Part shown: in pieces, positions 20,769 through 30,011 of the stretch
How positions within the stretch are numbered: position 1 is the first letter of the stretch
Layout: each line of letters starts with the position of its first letter
The notes under the pieces: model-generated
The model's input: only the letters and a program-made list of their open reading frames with translations
Told to the model about the DNA's origin: nothing
The model's database searches: none
Assembly: GCF_001457615.1 (NCBI RefSeq)
Contig: NZ_LN831024.1
Coordinates: 6,000,001-6,032,000, forward strand
Length of the DNA: 32,000 nt
Direction of reading: 5' to 3'
From: Pseudomonas aeruginosa
GTDB lineage: Bacteria > Pseudomonadota > Gammaproteobacteria > Pseudomonadales > Pseudomonadaceae
Program-made: the position numbers and the translations under genes

Positions 20769-21317
20769 TCAGAAATTTGCGGGCGTGGTGGCGCTGATCA
20801 AGCGTGCCGGCACATCGTAGGGATTGCGAAAACGGTGCGGCTTGTTGCTCTCGAAATAGTAGCTGTCGCCGCGCTCGAGCACATAGGTCTCGCTGCCGAC
20901 GGTCAGTTCCAGGCGCCCGTCGACCAGCACGCCGGCCTCCTCGCCTTCGTGGTTGAGCATTTCCTCGCCGGTGTCGGAGCCCGGCGGGTAGGTTTCGTCG
21001 AGGAAGGCGATCGCCCGGCTCGGGTGCGCCTTGCCCACCAGGCGCATGGACACCGCGCCGCTGGAAATGTCGATCAGTTCGTCTGCCTTGTAGACAACCT
21101 GGGTATGGCTGTCCTGCTCCAGGTCCAGGGAGAAGAACTCCACCAGGGACATGGGGATACCGCCCAGCACCTTCTTCAGCGAACTGATGGAAGGGCTCAC
21201 GCTGTTTTTCTCGATCATCGAGATAGTGCTGTTGGTGACACCCGCCCGTTTGGCGAGTTCGCGCTGGGAAAGACCTTTGAGCTTTCGGATGGTTTGCAGA
21301 CGAGCACCGACGTCCAA
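20769..21317 (-). CDS. pauR: XRE-cupin transcriptional repressor PauR (polyamine catabolism)
   Basis: 182 aa from TTG at 21317: LDVGARLQTIRKLKGLSQRELAKRAGVTNSTISMIEKNSVSPSISSLKKVL plus a cupin domain GEEAGVLVDGRLELTVGSETYVLERGDSYYFESNKPHRFRN. Confidence 0.88.
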   Translation of the reverse strand: MDVGARLQTIRKLKGLSQRELAKRAGVTNSTISMIEKNSVSPSISSLKKVLGGIPMSLVEFFSLDLEQDSHTQVVYKADELIDISSGAVSMRLVGKAHPSRAIAFLDETYPPGSDTGEEMLNHEGEEAGVLVDGRLELTVGSETYVLERGDSYYFESNKPHRFRNPYDVPARLISATTPANF

Positions 21318-21467
21318 GGGTGGAGTCCTCCTTATTCTTCTGGCAGGCAAGGCAAAACGAGGCCGCACACGGCTGGCGACCCCAAGTCGGCCGTATCATG
21401 GCAACACTGTTCAGTATTTACAACAGATCGGTCGACATGCCTGCGCAAAGAATTCGGAAAGTTTTTC

Positions 21468-22541
21468 TCAAGCCCCGGAATAGACGCGCGGCACCCTTTT
21501 CAGGTTGCACAGCAGCTGGTAGGGAATGCTGCCGAACTGCGCCGCCAGGGCGCCGACCGGCACGTTCGGGCCCCATAGTTCGACCCGGCTGCCCAGCCCG
21601 GCCTGGGGATGGTCGGTAAGGTCGACGGTGAGCATGTCCATCGATACCCGGCCAACCAGGCGCCCCGGCTTGCCGTCGATGAACACAAGGGTGCCGTCGG
21701 CGGCGTGGCGCGGATAGCCATCGGCGTAGCCCATGGCGACCACGCCGATGCGCTGGCTACGCTCGGTGCTGTAGCGCGCGCCGTAGCCGACCGGTTCGCC
21801 GGCCGGCAGGTCGCGGACGCTGATCACCTTCGATTCCAGGGTCATCACCGGGCGCAAGCGGTCGGCCAGCGGATGTGCGCGCTCGAACGGCGTGGCTCCG
21901 TAGAGCAGGATGCCCGGACGTACCCAATCGCTGGGCACCTTCGGCCAGCCGAGCACGGCTGGCGAATTGCGCAGGCTGATCTCGCCTTCCAGGCCCTGGC
22001 TAGCGACCGCGAAGGCGGCGAGCTGTTCCTCGGTGCGCGGGCAATCCAGTTCGTCGGCGCGGGAGAAGTGACTCATCATCACGATCTTCGCCACCTTGCC
22101 GCTGGCCCGCAGGCGCTCGTGGGCGGCGCGGAAGTCCTCGGGGAAGAAGCCGACGCGGTGCATGCCCGAATCCATCTTCAGCCAGACGTTCAGCGGGCGG
22201 GCCAGGCTGGCGCGTTCGATCGCCTCCAATTGCCAGGCGCAATGCACCACGCACCAGAAGTCGTGGGCGACGATCAGCTCCAGCTCGGACGCCTCGAAGA
22301 AGCCCTCCAGCAGCAGGATCGGCTGGCGGATACCGGCCTCGCGCAGCTCCAGGCCCTCCTCGATGCAGGCCACGGCGAAGCCATCGGCCTCGGCCGCCAG
22401 CGCTTCGGCACAGCGCACTGCGCCGTGGCCGTATGCGTCCGCCTTGATCACCGCGAGCGCACGGGCGCCGGTGGCCTCGCGGGCCAGCCGATAGTTGTGA
22501 CGAAGGGCTTGCAGGTCGATCAGGGCACGGGCGGGGCGCAT
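21468..22541 (-). CDS. dadX: Catabolic alanine racemase
   Basis: 357 aa: [48 protein letters not shown] (PLP lysine motif) and [29 protein letters not shown]. Confidence 0.97.
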   Translation of the reverse strand: MRPARALIDLQALRHNYRLAREATGARALAVIKADAYGHGAVRCAEALAAEADGFAVACIEEGLELREAGIRQPILLLEGFFEASELELIVAHDFWCVVHCAWQLEAIERASLARPLNVWLKMDSGMHRVGFFPEDFRAAHERLRASGKVAKIVMMSHFSRADELDCPRTEEQLAAFAVASQGLEGEISLRNSPAVLGWPKVPSDWVRPGILLYGATPFERAHPLADRLRPVMTLESKVISVRDLPAGEPVGYGARYSTERSQRIGVVAMGYADGYPRHAADGTLVFIDGKPGRLVGRVSMDMLTVDLTDHPQAGLGSRVELWGPNVPVGALAAQFGSIPYQLLCNLKRVPRVYSGA

Positions 22542-22631
22542 GGCGACGGGTCTCTCTTCAGCGAGGTGCGGCATCGCGCACCTTTCATCAGGCGAAAAAA
22601 AGCCCGGCTCTCCGGCCGGGCCAGACAAAAC

Positions 22632-22985
22632 TCAGGGCAGCGCAGCGACCACCGACATCTCTACCAGGATCTCCGGCTCGCAGAGCTTGGCTTCGACGGT
22701 GGCGCGCGCCGGCGCGACGCCGCGCGGCAGCCACTGGTCCCAGACGCGGTTCATGCCTTCGAAGTCGGCGTCGATGTCCTTCAGGTAGATGGTCACCGAG
22801 AGGATCCGAGTCTTGTCGGTGCCGGCCTCTTCCAGCAGACGCTCGATGGCCGCCAGGGTCTCGCGGGTCTGCTGCTCGACGCCCGCGGACATGTCCTCGC
22901 CCACCTGGCCCGCCAGGTAGACGGTGCCGTTGTGGACGACGATCTGGCTCATACGCTCGTTAGTGTGCTGGCGCTGGATGGGCAT
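22632..22985 (-). CDS. RidA/YjgF family enamine/imine deaminase
   Basis: 117 aa: [56 protein letters not shown] and [22 protein letters not shown]. The start overlaps the dadA 3' end by 26 nt. Confidence 0.93.
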   Translation of the reverse strand: MPIQRQHTNERMSQIVVHNGTVYLAGQVGEDMSAGVEQQTRETLAAIERLLEEAGTDKTRILSVTIYLKDIDADFEGMNRVWDQWLPRGVAPARATVEAKLCEPEILVEMSVVAALP

Positions 22986-24258
22986 TCTTGGCGTTCTCCG
23001 GGGAATTGCTGTAGCGGGAAATATCCAGGCCTTCGGTACTGATCTGCGGGCGCTTCTTCGCCATCAGGTCGGCCAGGTAGCGACCCGACCCGCAGGCCAT
23101 GGTCCAACCCAGGGTGCCGTGGCCGGTATTGAGGAACAGGTTGCGGTAGCGGGTGGCGCCGACGATCGGGGTGCCATCCGGGGTCGCCGGGCGCAGGCCG
23201 GTCCAGAAGGTCGCCTGGCTGATATCGCCGCCCTCGGGATAGAGGTCGGTGGTGATCATTTCCAGGGTCTCGCGGCGGCGCGGGTTCAGCGACAGGTCGA
23301 AGCCGGCGATTTCCGCCATGCCGCCGACGCGGATGCGCTGGTCGAAGCGGGTGATCGCCACCTTGTAGGTCTCGTCGAGGATGGTCGAGGTCGGCGCCAT
23401 CTCCGGGTTGGTGATCGGCACGGTCAGCGAATAACCCTTCAGCGGATAGACCGGAGCCTTGATACCCAGCGGCTTGAGCAGTTGCGGCGAGTAGCTGCCC
23501 AGGGCCAGCACGTAGTGGTCGGCGGTGAGCAATTCGCCGTTGACCAGCACGCCGTTGATGCGGTCGCCGGCGAAGTCCAGGCGCTCGATGTTCTGGCCGA
23601 AGCGGAACTCCACGCCCAGGCCCTTGGCCATTTCCGCCAGGCGGGTGGTGAACAGCTGGCAGTCGCCGGTCTGGTCGTTGGGCAGGCGCAAAGCGCCGAC
23701 CAGCTTGTCGGCGACCTTGGCCAAGGCCGGCTCTACGCGGGCGATGCCATCGCGGTCGAGAACCTCGTAGGGCACGCCGGAGCGCTCGAGCACGGCGATG
23801 TCCTTGCCGGCGGCGTCCAGCTGCGCCTGGGTGCGGAACAGTTGGGTGGTGCCGAGGGTGCGGCCCTCGTAGGCGATGCCGGTCTCGGCGCGCAGTTCGT
23901 CGAGGCAATCGCGGCTGTACTCGGACAGGCGGACCATGCGCTCCTTGTTCACGGCGTAGCGCTCGGCGGTGCAGTTGCGCAGCATCTGCAGCATCCAGGC
24001 GTACTGGCTGGGATCGGAGGTGAGCTTGATGGCCAGCGGCGCGTGCTTTTCCAGCAGCCACTTCATGGCCTTCAGGGGAATGCCCGGGGCTGCCCAGGGC
24101 GAAGCGTAGCCGGGAGACACCTGGCCGGCGTTGGCGAAGCTGGTTTCCAGCGCGGGACCGTCCTGACGGTCGACCACCACCACCTCGAACCCGGCACGGG
24201 CCAGGTAATACGCACTGGCGGTACCGATGACACCGCTGCCAAGGACCAGAACTCGCAT
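22960..24258 (-). CDS. dadA: D-amino acid dehydrogenase small subunit
   Basis: 432 aa: [59 protein letters not shown] and [23 protein letters not shown]. Confidence 0.97.
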   Translation of the reverse strand: MRVLVLGSGVIGTASAYYLARAGFEVVVVDRQDGPALETSFANAGQVSPGYASPWAAPGIPLKAMKWLLEKHAPLAIKLTSDPSQYAWMLQMLRNCTAERYAVNKERMVRLSEYSRDCLDELRAETGIAYEGRTLGTTQLFRTQAQLDAAGKDIAVLERSGVPYEVLDRDGIARVEPALAKVADKLVGALRLPNDQTGDCQLFTTRLAEMAKGLGVEFRFGQNIERLDFAGDRINGVLVNGELLTADHYVLALGSYSPQLLKPLGIKAPVYPLKGYSLTVPITNPEMAPTSTILDETYKVAITRFDQRIRVGGMAEIAGFDLSLNPRRRETLEMITTDLYPEGGDISQATFWTGLRPATPDGTPIVGATRYRNLFLNTGHGTLGWTMACGSGRYLADLMAKKRPQISTEGLDISRYSNSPENAKNAHPAPAH

Positions 24259-24480
24259 TGTCGCCTCCCACGTCGCGGAGGAACCGCGGACGTTTGTTAT
24301 TTTGAGCGTGTAGATGCGCGCAGTATAGGAAGAGGCAGGCAGAAATAATCACCAATTTTAGGCGGTTACTCAGGTAAAAAACCGGACAATTAGGGGTTTT
24401 ACCGAGGCGCATCCACCATAAAACTGGAAAAATACCGCATATTTAAATGATCGAACTCAGGCCGGGAGTCGCTTTTTCGG
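24259..24480 (-). promoter_or_regulatory. AT-rich dadA upstream region, candidate Lrp-responsive promoter region
   Basis: AT-rich patch (gaaataatcaccaattttaggcgg ... acaattaggggtttt ... cataaaactggaaaaataccgcatatttaaatgatc) in a very GC-rich window, directly 5' of dadA. lrp is about 3.6 kb away. Confidence 0.4.
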
Positions 24481-24614
24481 GAAAGCCTGTCGCAGAAGCC
24501 ATGGAAAACGGCAGGAGTCCCTGAAGGAACCGCTCGCGACAGGAAAAATTCCGCGGACACTGCCCGGCCCTTGCGACCGGAGCAGCGTCCCAGAGCGCTC
24601 GCGGAGCCTTCGCG

Positions 24615-24959
24615 CTATTTCTTCACCCACTTGCCGCCGACCTGGACGTACTGCCCGGCAGGGGTTCTCTCCATCGCCTTCTTGCCGGCCATGGCCTCCA
24701 CGTCGGCCAGCGAAGCGCCGCTGCTGTTGGCCACCTTCTGGTATTCGGCACGCCGCGCGGCATTGATCTGCGCGGCGATGTCCGCCGCCTGGCCGCTGTT
24801 GCTGACCACGCCAAGGTAGCCGTCCGCCTGCTCGCCGACCAGGCCCTGGGCCTTGGCGCCGCCAAGGGCCGACATGGCCTGGCCGAGGTCCATCGCCATG
24901 GCGGAAAGGCTGATGCCGAGGGCCAGCAGGGCGATACCGAGTTTGCTACGGGTTGTCAT
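24615..24959 (-). CDS. ydbL: YdbL-family periplasmic protein (DUF1318)
   Basis: 114 aa with signal peptide: MTTRSKLGIALLALGISLSAMAMDLGQAMSALGGAKAQGLVGEQADGYLGVV...AARRAEYQKVANSSGASLADVEAMAGKKAMERTPAGQYVQVGGKWVKK. Confidence 0.88.
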   Translation of the reverse strand: MTTRSKLGIALLALGISLSAMAMDLGQAMSALGGAKAQGLVGEQADGYLGVVSNSGQAADIAAQINAARRAEYQKVANSSGASLADVEAMAGKKAMERTPAGQYVQVGGKWVKK

Positions 24960-24971
24960 GGATCCGCTCCT

Positions 24972-25163
24972 TTAGAACAGGCCGCTGTTCTCGTTGATGA
25001 TGCCGTCCAGAGCCTTGTCGACCTTGATGTAGATCTCGTGCTCGATTTTCACGTTGAGATTGATGTTGATCGGCTCGCTGGGAGCCGCCAGCTGCACGGT
25101 GGGCGTGCAGGCCATCGTCAGGCTGCCCAGCAGCAGGACAGCGAATAGAGCGCAGAGGCGCAT
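24972..25163 (-). CDS. ynbE: YnbE-like outer-membrane lipoprotein
   Basis: 63 aa from ATG at 25163 with aggaga upstream: MRLCALFAVLLLGSLTMACTPTVQLAAPSEPININLNVKIEHEIYIKVDKALDGIINENSGLF. Contains a lipobox (LTMAC). Confidence 0.88.
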   Translation of the reverse strand: MRLCALFAVLLLGSLTMACTPTVQLAAPSEPININLNVKIEHEIYIKVDKALDGIINENSGLF

Positions 25164-25183
25164 CGGGGGTTCTCCTGTATGGC

Positions 25184-27751
25184 TCATGGCGCCGAAGCCT
25201 TGCGTTTCTGCATGCGCTCCTGCACACGTTGGCGAATGGTTTCGCTGACCCGGTCGCTCAGTTGCAGGCTGGTCAGCAGTGCCGGGATATCCTCCTCCAG
25301 ATTGACGTTGAGGTTGACCGGGCGCCCCTTCTCCAGGTCCGGGTTGCTGCCCTGCAAGCGCAGGCCGAGCAACAGCTTGCCGTTCTCATGATAATCGACG
25401 CTGCTTTGCAGGACGTCGTAGTGGAAATCGTCGAGGGCATCGGCGACCAGCTTCATCCCCGGGTTGCTGCGCCCCAGCGCCTCGATCTTCGCCGAGCGGA
25501 AGCGCAGGTAGCCGGGCTCGCGGGCCTTGACCTGGCCGCCGGAGACGCTGGGCTTCCAGCGGTTCAGCATCAGCGGCAGCTCGCCGTCCAGGGCGCCTTC
25601 GCCGGCCAGGCCCTCCGCCGGATAGACCCGGAAAATCTCGCCGAGTTGTATGCCCTGGATACGCAAGGCGAACTTCTGCTCAGCCTGACCCAGGCGGATG
25701 CTCCCCGCGGGGACCGAGGCCTGCCCGCCGAACAGGCCGCTCTGCAACGTCTGCCAGCTCAAACGGCCGCTGCCCGGCGCGGAAAGCGGGGCCTCATAGC
25801 GCCCGCGGAAACTCACCGGCCCCAGCGGCAGGCCGGGATTGGCCTCGGCCAGGCTCAGGCCGGGGCTGTCCAGGCTCAACTGACCGCCACGCAGGCGCAA
25901 GGCCAGGCTGCCGCCCAGCCCCTTCAGCTCGCTGCGGTCGTAGATACCGTCGAGGCCTTTCAGGGTCAGGTCCAGGTCGAGGGACGAGGCGCCCGCCGCA
26001 TCGAGCTTCCAGCCGGCCGCGGCGGTCGCTCGCCCATTGCCCAGTTCGAGCAGCCCCGGCCAGTCGGCGAGGGTCGCGGCCAGCGGATTGCCGGTACGGA
26101 AGAACACCTCGGCCAGCCTGGCGGAGAGCGCCAGGGGCGTCTTCGCGTCGCGCTGCAGCTGGATGTCCGCCGCCAACCCCGCGCCGTTGCTCAGCCGTCC
26201 CTTCAGGCTGGTGCGCTCGAGGGTGGTGTCGAGCGGCCCCTCGAAGGTCCAGGCCAACGGTTTGAGGTTGGCCTGGCGGAGTTGTCCGACCTGCGCCTGC
26301 AGCGGCCCGGCGAAATGCAGCGCCAGCGGCTGGTAGGCCAGTTCGAGAGCGGCCCCGGCGAGGTCGAGGCGGGGCTGGCCAAGGTGCAGCGTCGACGGCT
26401 CGGCCAGGGACGCCGCCTGCAACCGCGCGCCCCTGCCGAAGGAGAGGTTGGCGCGCTGCCCGTCCAGCCGGCCCTCCAGGGGAATCTCCGCAACCAGTCG
26501 CTCGGCTTTCCAGCCCAGGTATTGCAGGCGCGGCGCGTCCACCTGCAAGCGACCCTCCACCAGCCTGGCGGCCCACGGCGAGATGCCCAGCAGGTCGAGC
26601 CGCGTCTCCAGCTTCAGCGTACTCGCGCCCTCGCTGGTGAACGCCAGGCGCAACGCGGTGACGCTATCGGCATCGCGCTCCAGCGGCTCGCTGCGCAAGC
26701 CCAGCGCGCTCGGCCGCAACTCGGCCGGCAGCGCCTGCAACCACTCGCCGTGCAACTGGCTCAGGCGCAAGTCGCTGCGCAGCTGGCGTGGCAACCAGGC
26801 GCCCTCGTCTCCATCCAGTTGGACTTGCAGTTCGCCCTGTACATTACCCAGACCGGGCAGCGGCCAGGCTTGCGGAGCCTGCACCAGCAGCGCCGCCGAG
26901 CCACCGCCGTCGAGCACCCGGCGCGGCTCCAGCCAGTCGCTGCCAGGCGCCAGGCGGATCGTCCAGTCCGCTTGCAGACGCAGGGCTTGCGGTGCGTCGG
27001 GCAGGCGCTGGGCTTCCGGCAACCAGCGATTGAGCCAGACCACCAGGCCACGGGTGTCCGGCAGGCCGGGCGCCTCCAGGCGCCCCTGCCAGAGGCCGTC
27101 GCCATCGGACGGCGCGAGCTGGCTGTCCAGCGTCAGCAGCGCCTGCCGGTCGAGTTGCGCGCGCGTCCGCAGGCGCCAACCGGTAGGCTCCTCGAAGAGC
27201 TGGGCGTCGAGCTGGGCCTGCTGCGCCTCCTGTTGCAGGCGCAGTTGCGCAGCCAGCGGAAACAGCGCTCCCGACGGGCGGCCGATGTCCAGTCCGCCGT
27301 CCTGCTCGCAGCGGCCGGCGGGACAAGGCAGGTCGAGATGGAAGCGTTCGAGGTGGATCTGTTCCGGCAGCCAGGCGAGGGTCTCGCGCAGGGACGTCCA
27401 GTCCAGCGCAGCGGAGTCGTCGTCGGAACTCGCGGCAGCCGGTTGCCAGGCGAGCGCCACTTGCTCCACGCGCAGGCCGGGTAGACGCGGACGCCAACCC
27501 GACAGCCCGGGCCAGCGCAGCAGCGCGTGTTCCACGTCCAGTCGCAGGCTGGCGCCATCCGCGCCGCGCCGCTCCAGCGCCAGCCGTCGCAGCCCGATGC
27601 CTTCGGCGGACAGGCCCAGGCCTTGCCACTCCAGGCGCTCGACACCCTGCTCGCGCAACAGGCTGCGCCAGGCATGCCAGCCGTAGCCGAACGCCAGCAG
27701 CAACAGCACTGCAAATACCAGCAGCAACGTCGTCCTTCTGCGCAAACGCAT
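25184..27751 (-). CDS. ydbH: YdbH-family (AsmA/TamB-like) inner-membrane-anchored envelope protein
   Basis: 855 aa with an N-terminal TM (TTLLLVFAVLLLLAFGYGWHAW), a long beta-rich body and a conserved C-terminus PGYLRFRSAKIEALGRSNPGMKLVADALDDFHYDVLQSSVDYHENGKLLLGLRLQGSNPDLEKGRPVNLNVNLEEDIPALLTSLQLSD. Confidence 0.87.
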   Translation of the reverse strand: MRLRRRTTLLLVFAVLLLLAFGYGWHAWRSLLREQGVERLEWQGLGLSAEGIGLRRLALERRGADGASLRLDVEHALLRWPGLSGWRPRLPGLRVEQVALAWQPAAASSDDDSAALDWTSLRETLAWLPEQIHLERFHLDLPCPAGRCEQDGGLDIGRPSGALFPLAAQLRLQQEAQQAQLDAQLFEEPTGWRLRTRAQLDRQALLTLDSQLAPSDGDGLWQGRLEAPGLPDTRGLVVWLNRWLPEAQRLPDAPQALRLQADWTIRLAPGSDWLEPRRVLDGGGSAALLVQAPQAWPLPGLGNVQGELQVQLDGDEGAWLPRQLRSDLRLSQLHGEWLQALPAELRPSALGLRSEPLERDADSVTALRLAFTSEGASTLKLETRLDLLGISPWAARLVEGRLQVDAPRLQYLGWKAERLVAEIPLEGRLDGQRANLSFGRGARLQAASLAEPSTLHLGQPRLDLAGAALELAYQPLALHFAGPLQAQVGQLRQANLKPLAWTFEGPLDTTLERTSLKGRLSNGAGLAADIQLQRDAKTPLALSARLAEVFFRTGNPLAATLADWPGLLELGNGRATAAAGWKLDAAGASSLDLDLTLKGLDGIYDRSELKGLGGSLALRLRGGQLSLDSPGLSLAEANPGLPLGPVSFRGRYEAPLSAPGSGRLSWQTLQSGLFGGQASVPAGSIRLGQAEQKFALRIQGIQLGEIFRVYPAEGLAGEGALDGELPLMLNRWKPSVSGGQVKAREPGYLRFRSAKIEALGRSNPGMKLVADALDDFHYDVLQSSVDYHENGKLLLGLRLQGSNPDLEKGRPVNLNVNLEEDIPALLTSLQLSDRVSETIRQRVQERMQKRKASAP

Positions 27752-27904
27752 GTCCTACCTCTGTCCGTTGCCGACCCGGCCAAGGGTGGCGGGGCCCTCG
27801 TGCAAGATCAAGGCGTTTTCCCTGGCCAGTGTTTTTCCCTGCTTTCGACGTTATATTGGCGGAAAATTTCCGGATTTTCCGAGCCAGACGGGGAGCCTCC
27901 ATCC

Positions 27905-28393
27905 ATGCGTACCCAGCATCAGAGCAAGCGCGAGCTGGACAAGATCGACCGCAACATCCTCCGCATCCTGCAGGAGGAAGGTCGCATTTCCTTCACCGAG
28001 CTGGGCGAACGCGTCGGCCTCTCGACCACACCCTGCACCGAACGCGTGCGCCGCCTGGAGCGCGAAGGCCTGATCATGGGCTATCACGCCCGGCTCAATC
28101 CGCAGCATCTGAAGGCCAGCCTGCTGGTGTTCGTCGAGATCAGCCTGGACTACAAGTCCGGCGATACCTTCGAAGAGTTTCGCCGGGCGGTGCTCAAGCT
28201 GCCCCATGTGCTGGAATGCCACCTGGTGTCCGGCCACTTCGACTACCTGGTGAAGGCTCGCATCTCGGAAATGGCGTCCTACCGCAAGCTGCTCGGCGAC
28301 ATCCTGCTGAAACTGCCGCACGTACGCGAGTCGAAGAGCTATATCGTCATGGAAGAGGTCAAGGAATCGCTCGACCTACCGGTTCCGGATTGA
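27905..28393 (+). CDS. lrp: Leucine-responsive regulatory protein Lrp (DadR-type)
   Basis: 162 aa from MRTQHQSKRELDKIDRNILRILQEEGRISFTELGERVGLSTTPCTERVRRLEREGLIMGYHARLNP. The track ORF over-extends 378 nt upstream. Confidence 0.95.
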   Translation: MRTQHQSKRELDKIDRNILRILQEEGRISFTELGERVGLSTTPCTERVRRLEREGLIMGYHARLNPQHLKASLLVFVEISLDYKSGDTFEEFRRAVLKLPHVLECHLVSGHFDYLVKARISEMASYRKLLGDILLKLPHVRESKSYIVMEEVKESLDLPVPD

Positions 28394-28406
28394 CCCAAGG
28401 CACTTT

Positions 28407-28430
28407 CCGGGAGTCCGCCAGGACTCCCGG
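28407..28430. terminator. Perfect 10-bp-stem hairpin downstream of lrp
   Basis: ccgggagtcc-gcca-ggactcccgg, 13 nt after the lrp stop. No immediate T tract. Confidence 0.6.
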
Positions 28431-28570
28431 CATAGACGGGAAACACCGTCTTTTCTGTACACGATCCCCGCAACACCTCGCAGTTTTTTCCTTTTTCGCC
28501 CTTGGCGAGCGCCTCGACTGACGTTTATGCTCCGTCAAATTTTCCACACATAATAATCAGGATTTCACAC

Positions 28571-29890
28571 ATGAACGCCCGCGTTCACCAGCCGGTGCAT
28601 ACCGCCCAACACGCCCCCTCCTACTACGCCGCCACGCTCAACCGACGCATCGAGTGCCCTCCCCTGGCCGGCGAAGAACAGGCCGACGTGTGCGTCGTCG
28701 GTGGCGGCTTCTCGGGAGTGAACACGGCGTTGGAACTGGCCCAGCGCGGCTTCTCCGTGGTCCTGCTGGAAGCGCACCGGATCGGCTGGGGCGCCAGTGG
28801 ACGCAATGGCGGCCAGTTGATCCGCGGCGTCGGCCATGACGTCGAGCAGTTCCTCCCGGTGATCGGCGCCGACGGCGTGAAGGCACTCAAGCTGATGGGC
28901 CTGGAGGCGGTGGAGATCGTCCGTCGCCGGGTCGAGCAGTACGCCATCGACTGCGATCTGCGCTGGGGCTACTGCGACCTGGCGAACAAGCCCGGCGACT
29001 ACCAGGGCTTCCGCGAGGACATGGAGGAACTCCAGGCCCTCGGCTATCGCCACGAGATGCGCCTGGTGCCGGCCGCGGAGATGCGCAGCGTGGTCGGCTC
29101 CGATCGCTACGTCGGCGGCCTGGTGGACATGGGCTCTGGCCACCTGCACCCGCTCAACCTGGTCCTCGGCGAAGCCGCCGCTGCCCAGTCGCTGGGCGTC
29201 CGCCTGTTCGAGCGCTCGCCGGTGACGCGGATCGACTACGGCACGGAAGTCCAGGTGCATACCGCCACCGGCAAAGTGCGGGCGAAGACCCTGGTGCTGG
29301 GCTGCAACGCCTACATGAACGACCTCAACCCGCTGCTCGGCGGCAAGGTACTGCCGGCCGGCAGCTACGTGATCGCCACCGAACCGCTGGACGAGAAACT
29401 GGCCCGCCAACTGCTGCCGCAGAACATGGCGGTGTGCGACCAGCGCGTGGCCCTCGACTACTACCGGCTCTCCGCCGACAACCGCCTGCTGTTCGGTGGC
29501 GCCTGCCATTATTCCGGCCGCGACCCCAGCGACATCGCCGCCTACATGCGGCCGAAGATGCTGGAGGTATTCCCGCAACTGGCGAACGTCCGCATCGACT
29601 ACCAATGGGGCGGCATGATCGGCATCGGCGCCAATCGCCTGCCACAGATCGGCCGCCTGCCGGGGCAGCCCAACGTGTACTTCGCCCAGGCCTATTCCGG
29701 ACACGGGGTGAACGCCACGCACCTCGCCGGGCAGTTGCTCGCCGAAGCCATCGGCGGCCAGCAGAGCGACGGCTTCGACCTGTTCGCCAAGGTGCCGCAC
29801 ATCACCTTCCCCGGCGGCAAGCTGCTGCGCTCGCCACTGCTGGCGCTGGGCATGGCCTGGTACCGGCTGAAGGAAAAACTCGGTAGCTGA
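28571..29890 (+). CDS. pauB4: FAD-dependent amine oxidoreductase, PauB-type (gamma-glutamylpolyamine oxidase family)
   Basis: 439 aa: YYAATLNRRIECPPLAGEEQADVCVVGGGFSGVNTALELAQRGFSVVLLEAHRIGWGASGRNGGQLIRG, YQWGGMIGIGANRLPQIGRL and FAQAYSGHGVNATHLAGQLLAEAI. Confidence 0.85.
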   Translation: MNARVHQPVHTAQHAPSYYAATLNRRIECPPLAGEEQADVCVVGGGFSGVNTALELAQRGFSVVLLEAHRIGWGASGRNGGQLIRGVGHDVEQFLPVIGADGVKALKLMGLEAVEIVRRRVEQYAIDCDLRWGYCDLANKPGDYQGFREDMEELQALGYRHEMRLVPAAEMRSVVGSDRYVGGLVDMGSGHLHPLNLVLGEAAAAQSLGVRLFERSPVTRIDYGTEVQVHTATGKVRAKTLVLGCNAYMNDLNPLLGGKVLPAGSYVIATEPLDEKLARQLLPQNMAVCDQRVALDYYRLSADNRLLFGGACHYSGRDPSDIAAYMRPKMLEVFPQLANVRIDYQWGGMIGIGANRLPQIGRLPGQPNVYFAQAYSGHGVNATHLAGQLLAEAIGGQQSDGFDLFAKVPHITFPGGKLLRSPLLALGMAWYRLKEKLGS

Positions 29891-30011
29891 GCCCATCCGA
29901 GGCTCGGTGGATTCTGAAAAAATCAGGCGGGGCATCGCTCTTCCGAGGAAAACTCCTAGAATTCGCACGACCGGGATGAGCCGGTCGTTCGAGTTTCCAC
30001 GGGAGATATCC

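Noticed and set aside
27527-27904. N-terminal extension of the Lrp ORF in the track
   Set aside because: Overlaps ydbH antisense. Typical Lrp length and sequence start at the ATG at 27905.
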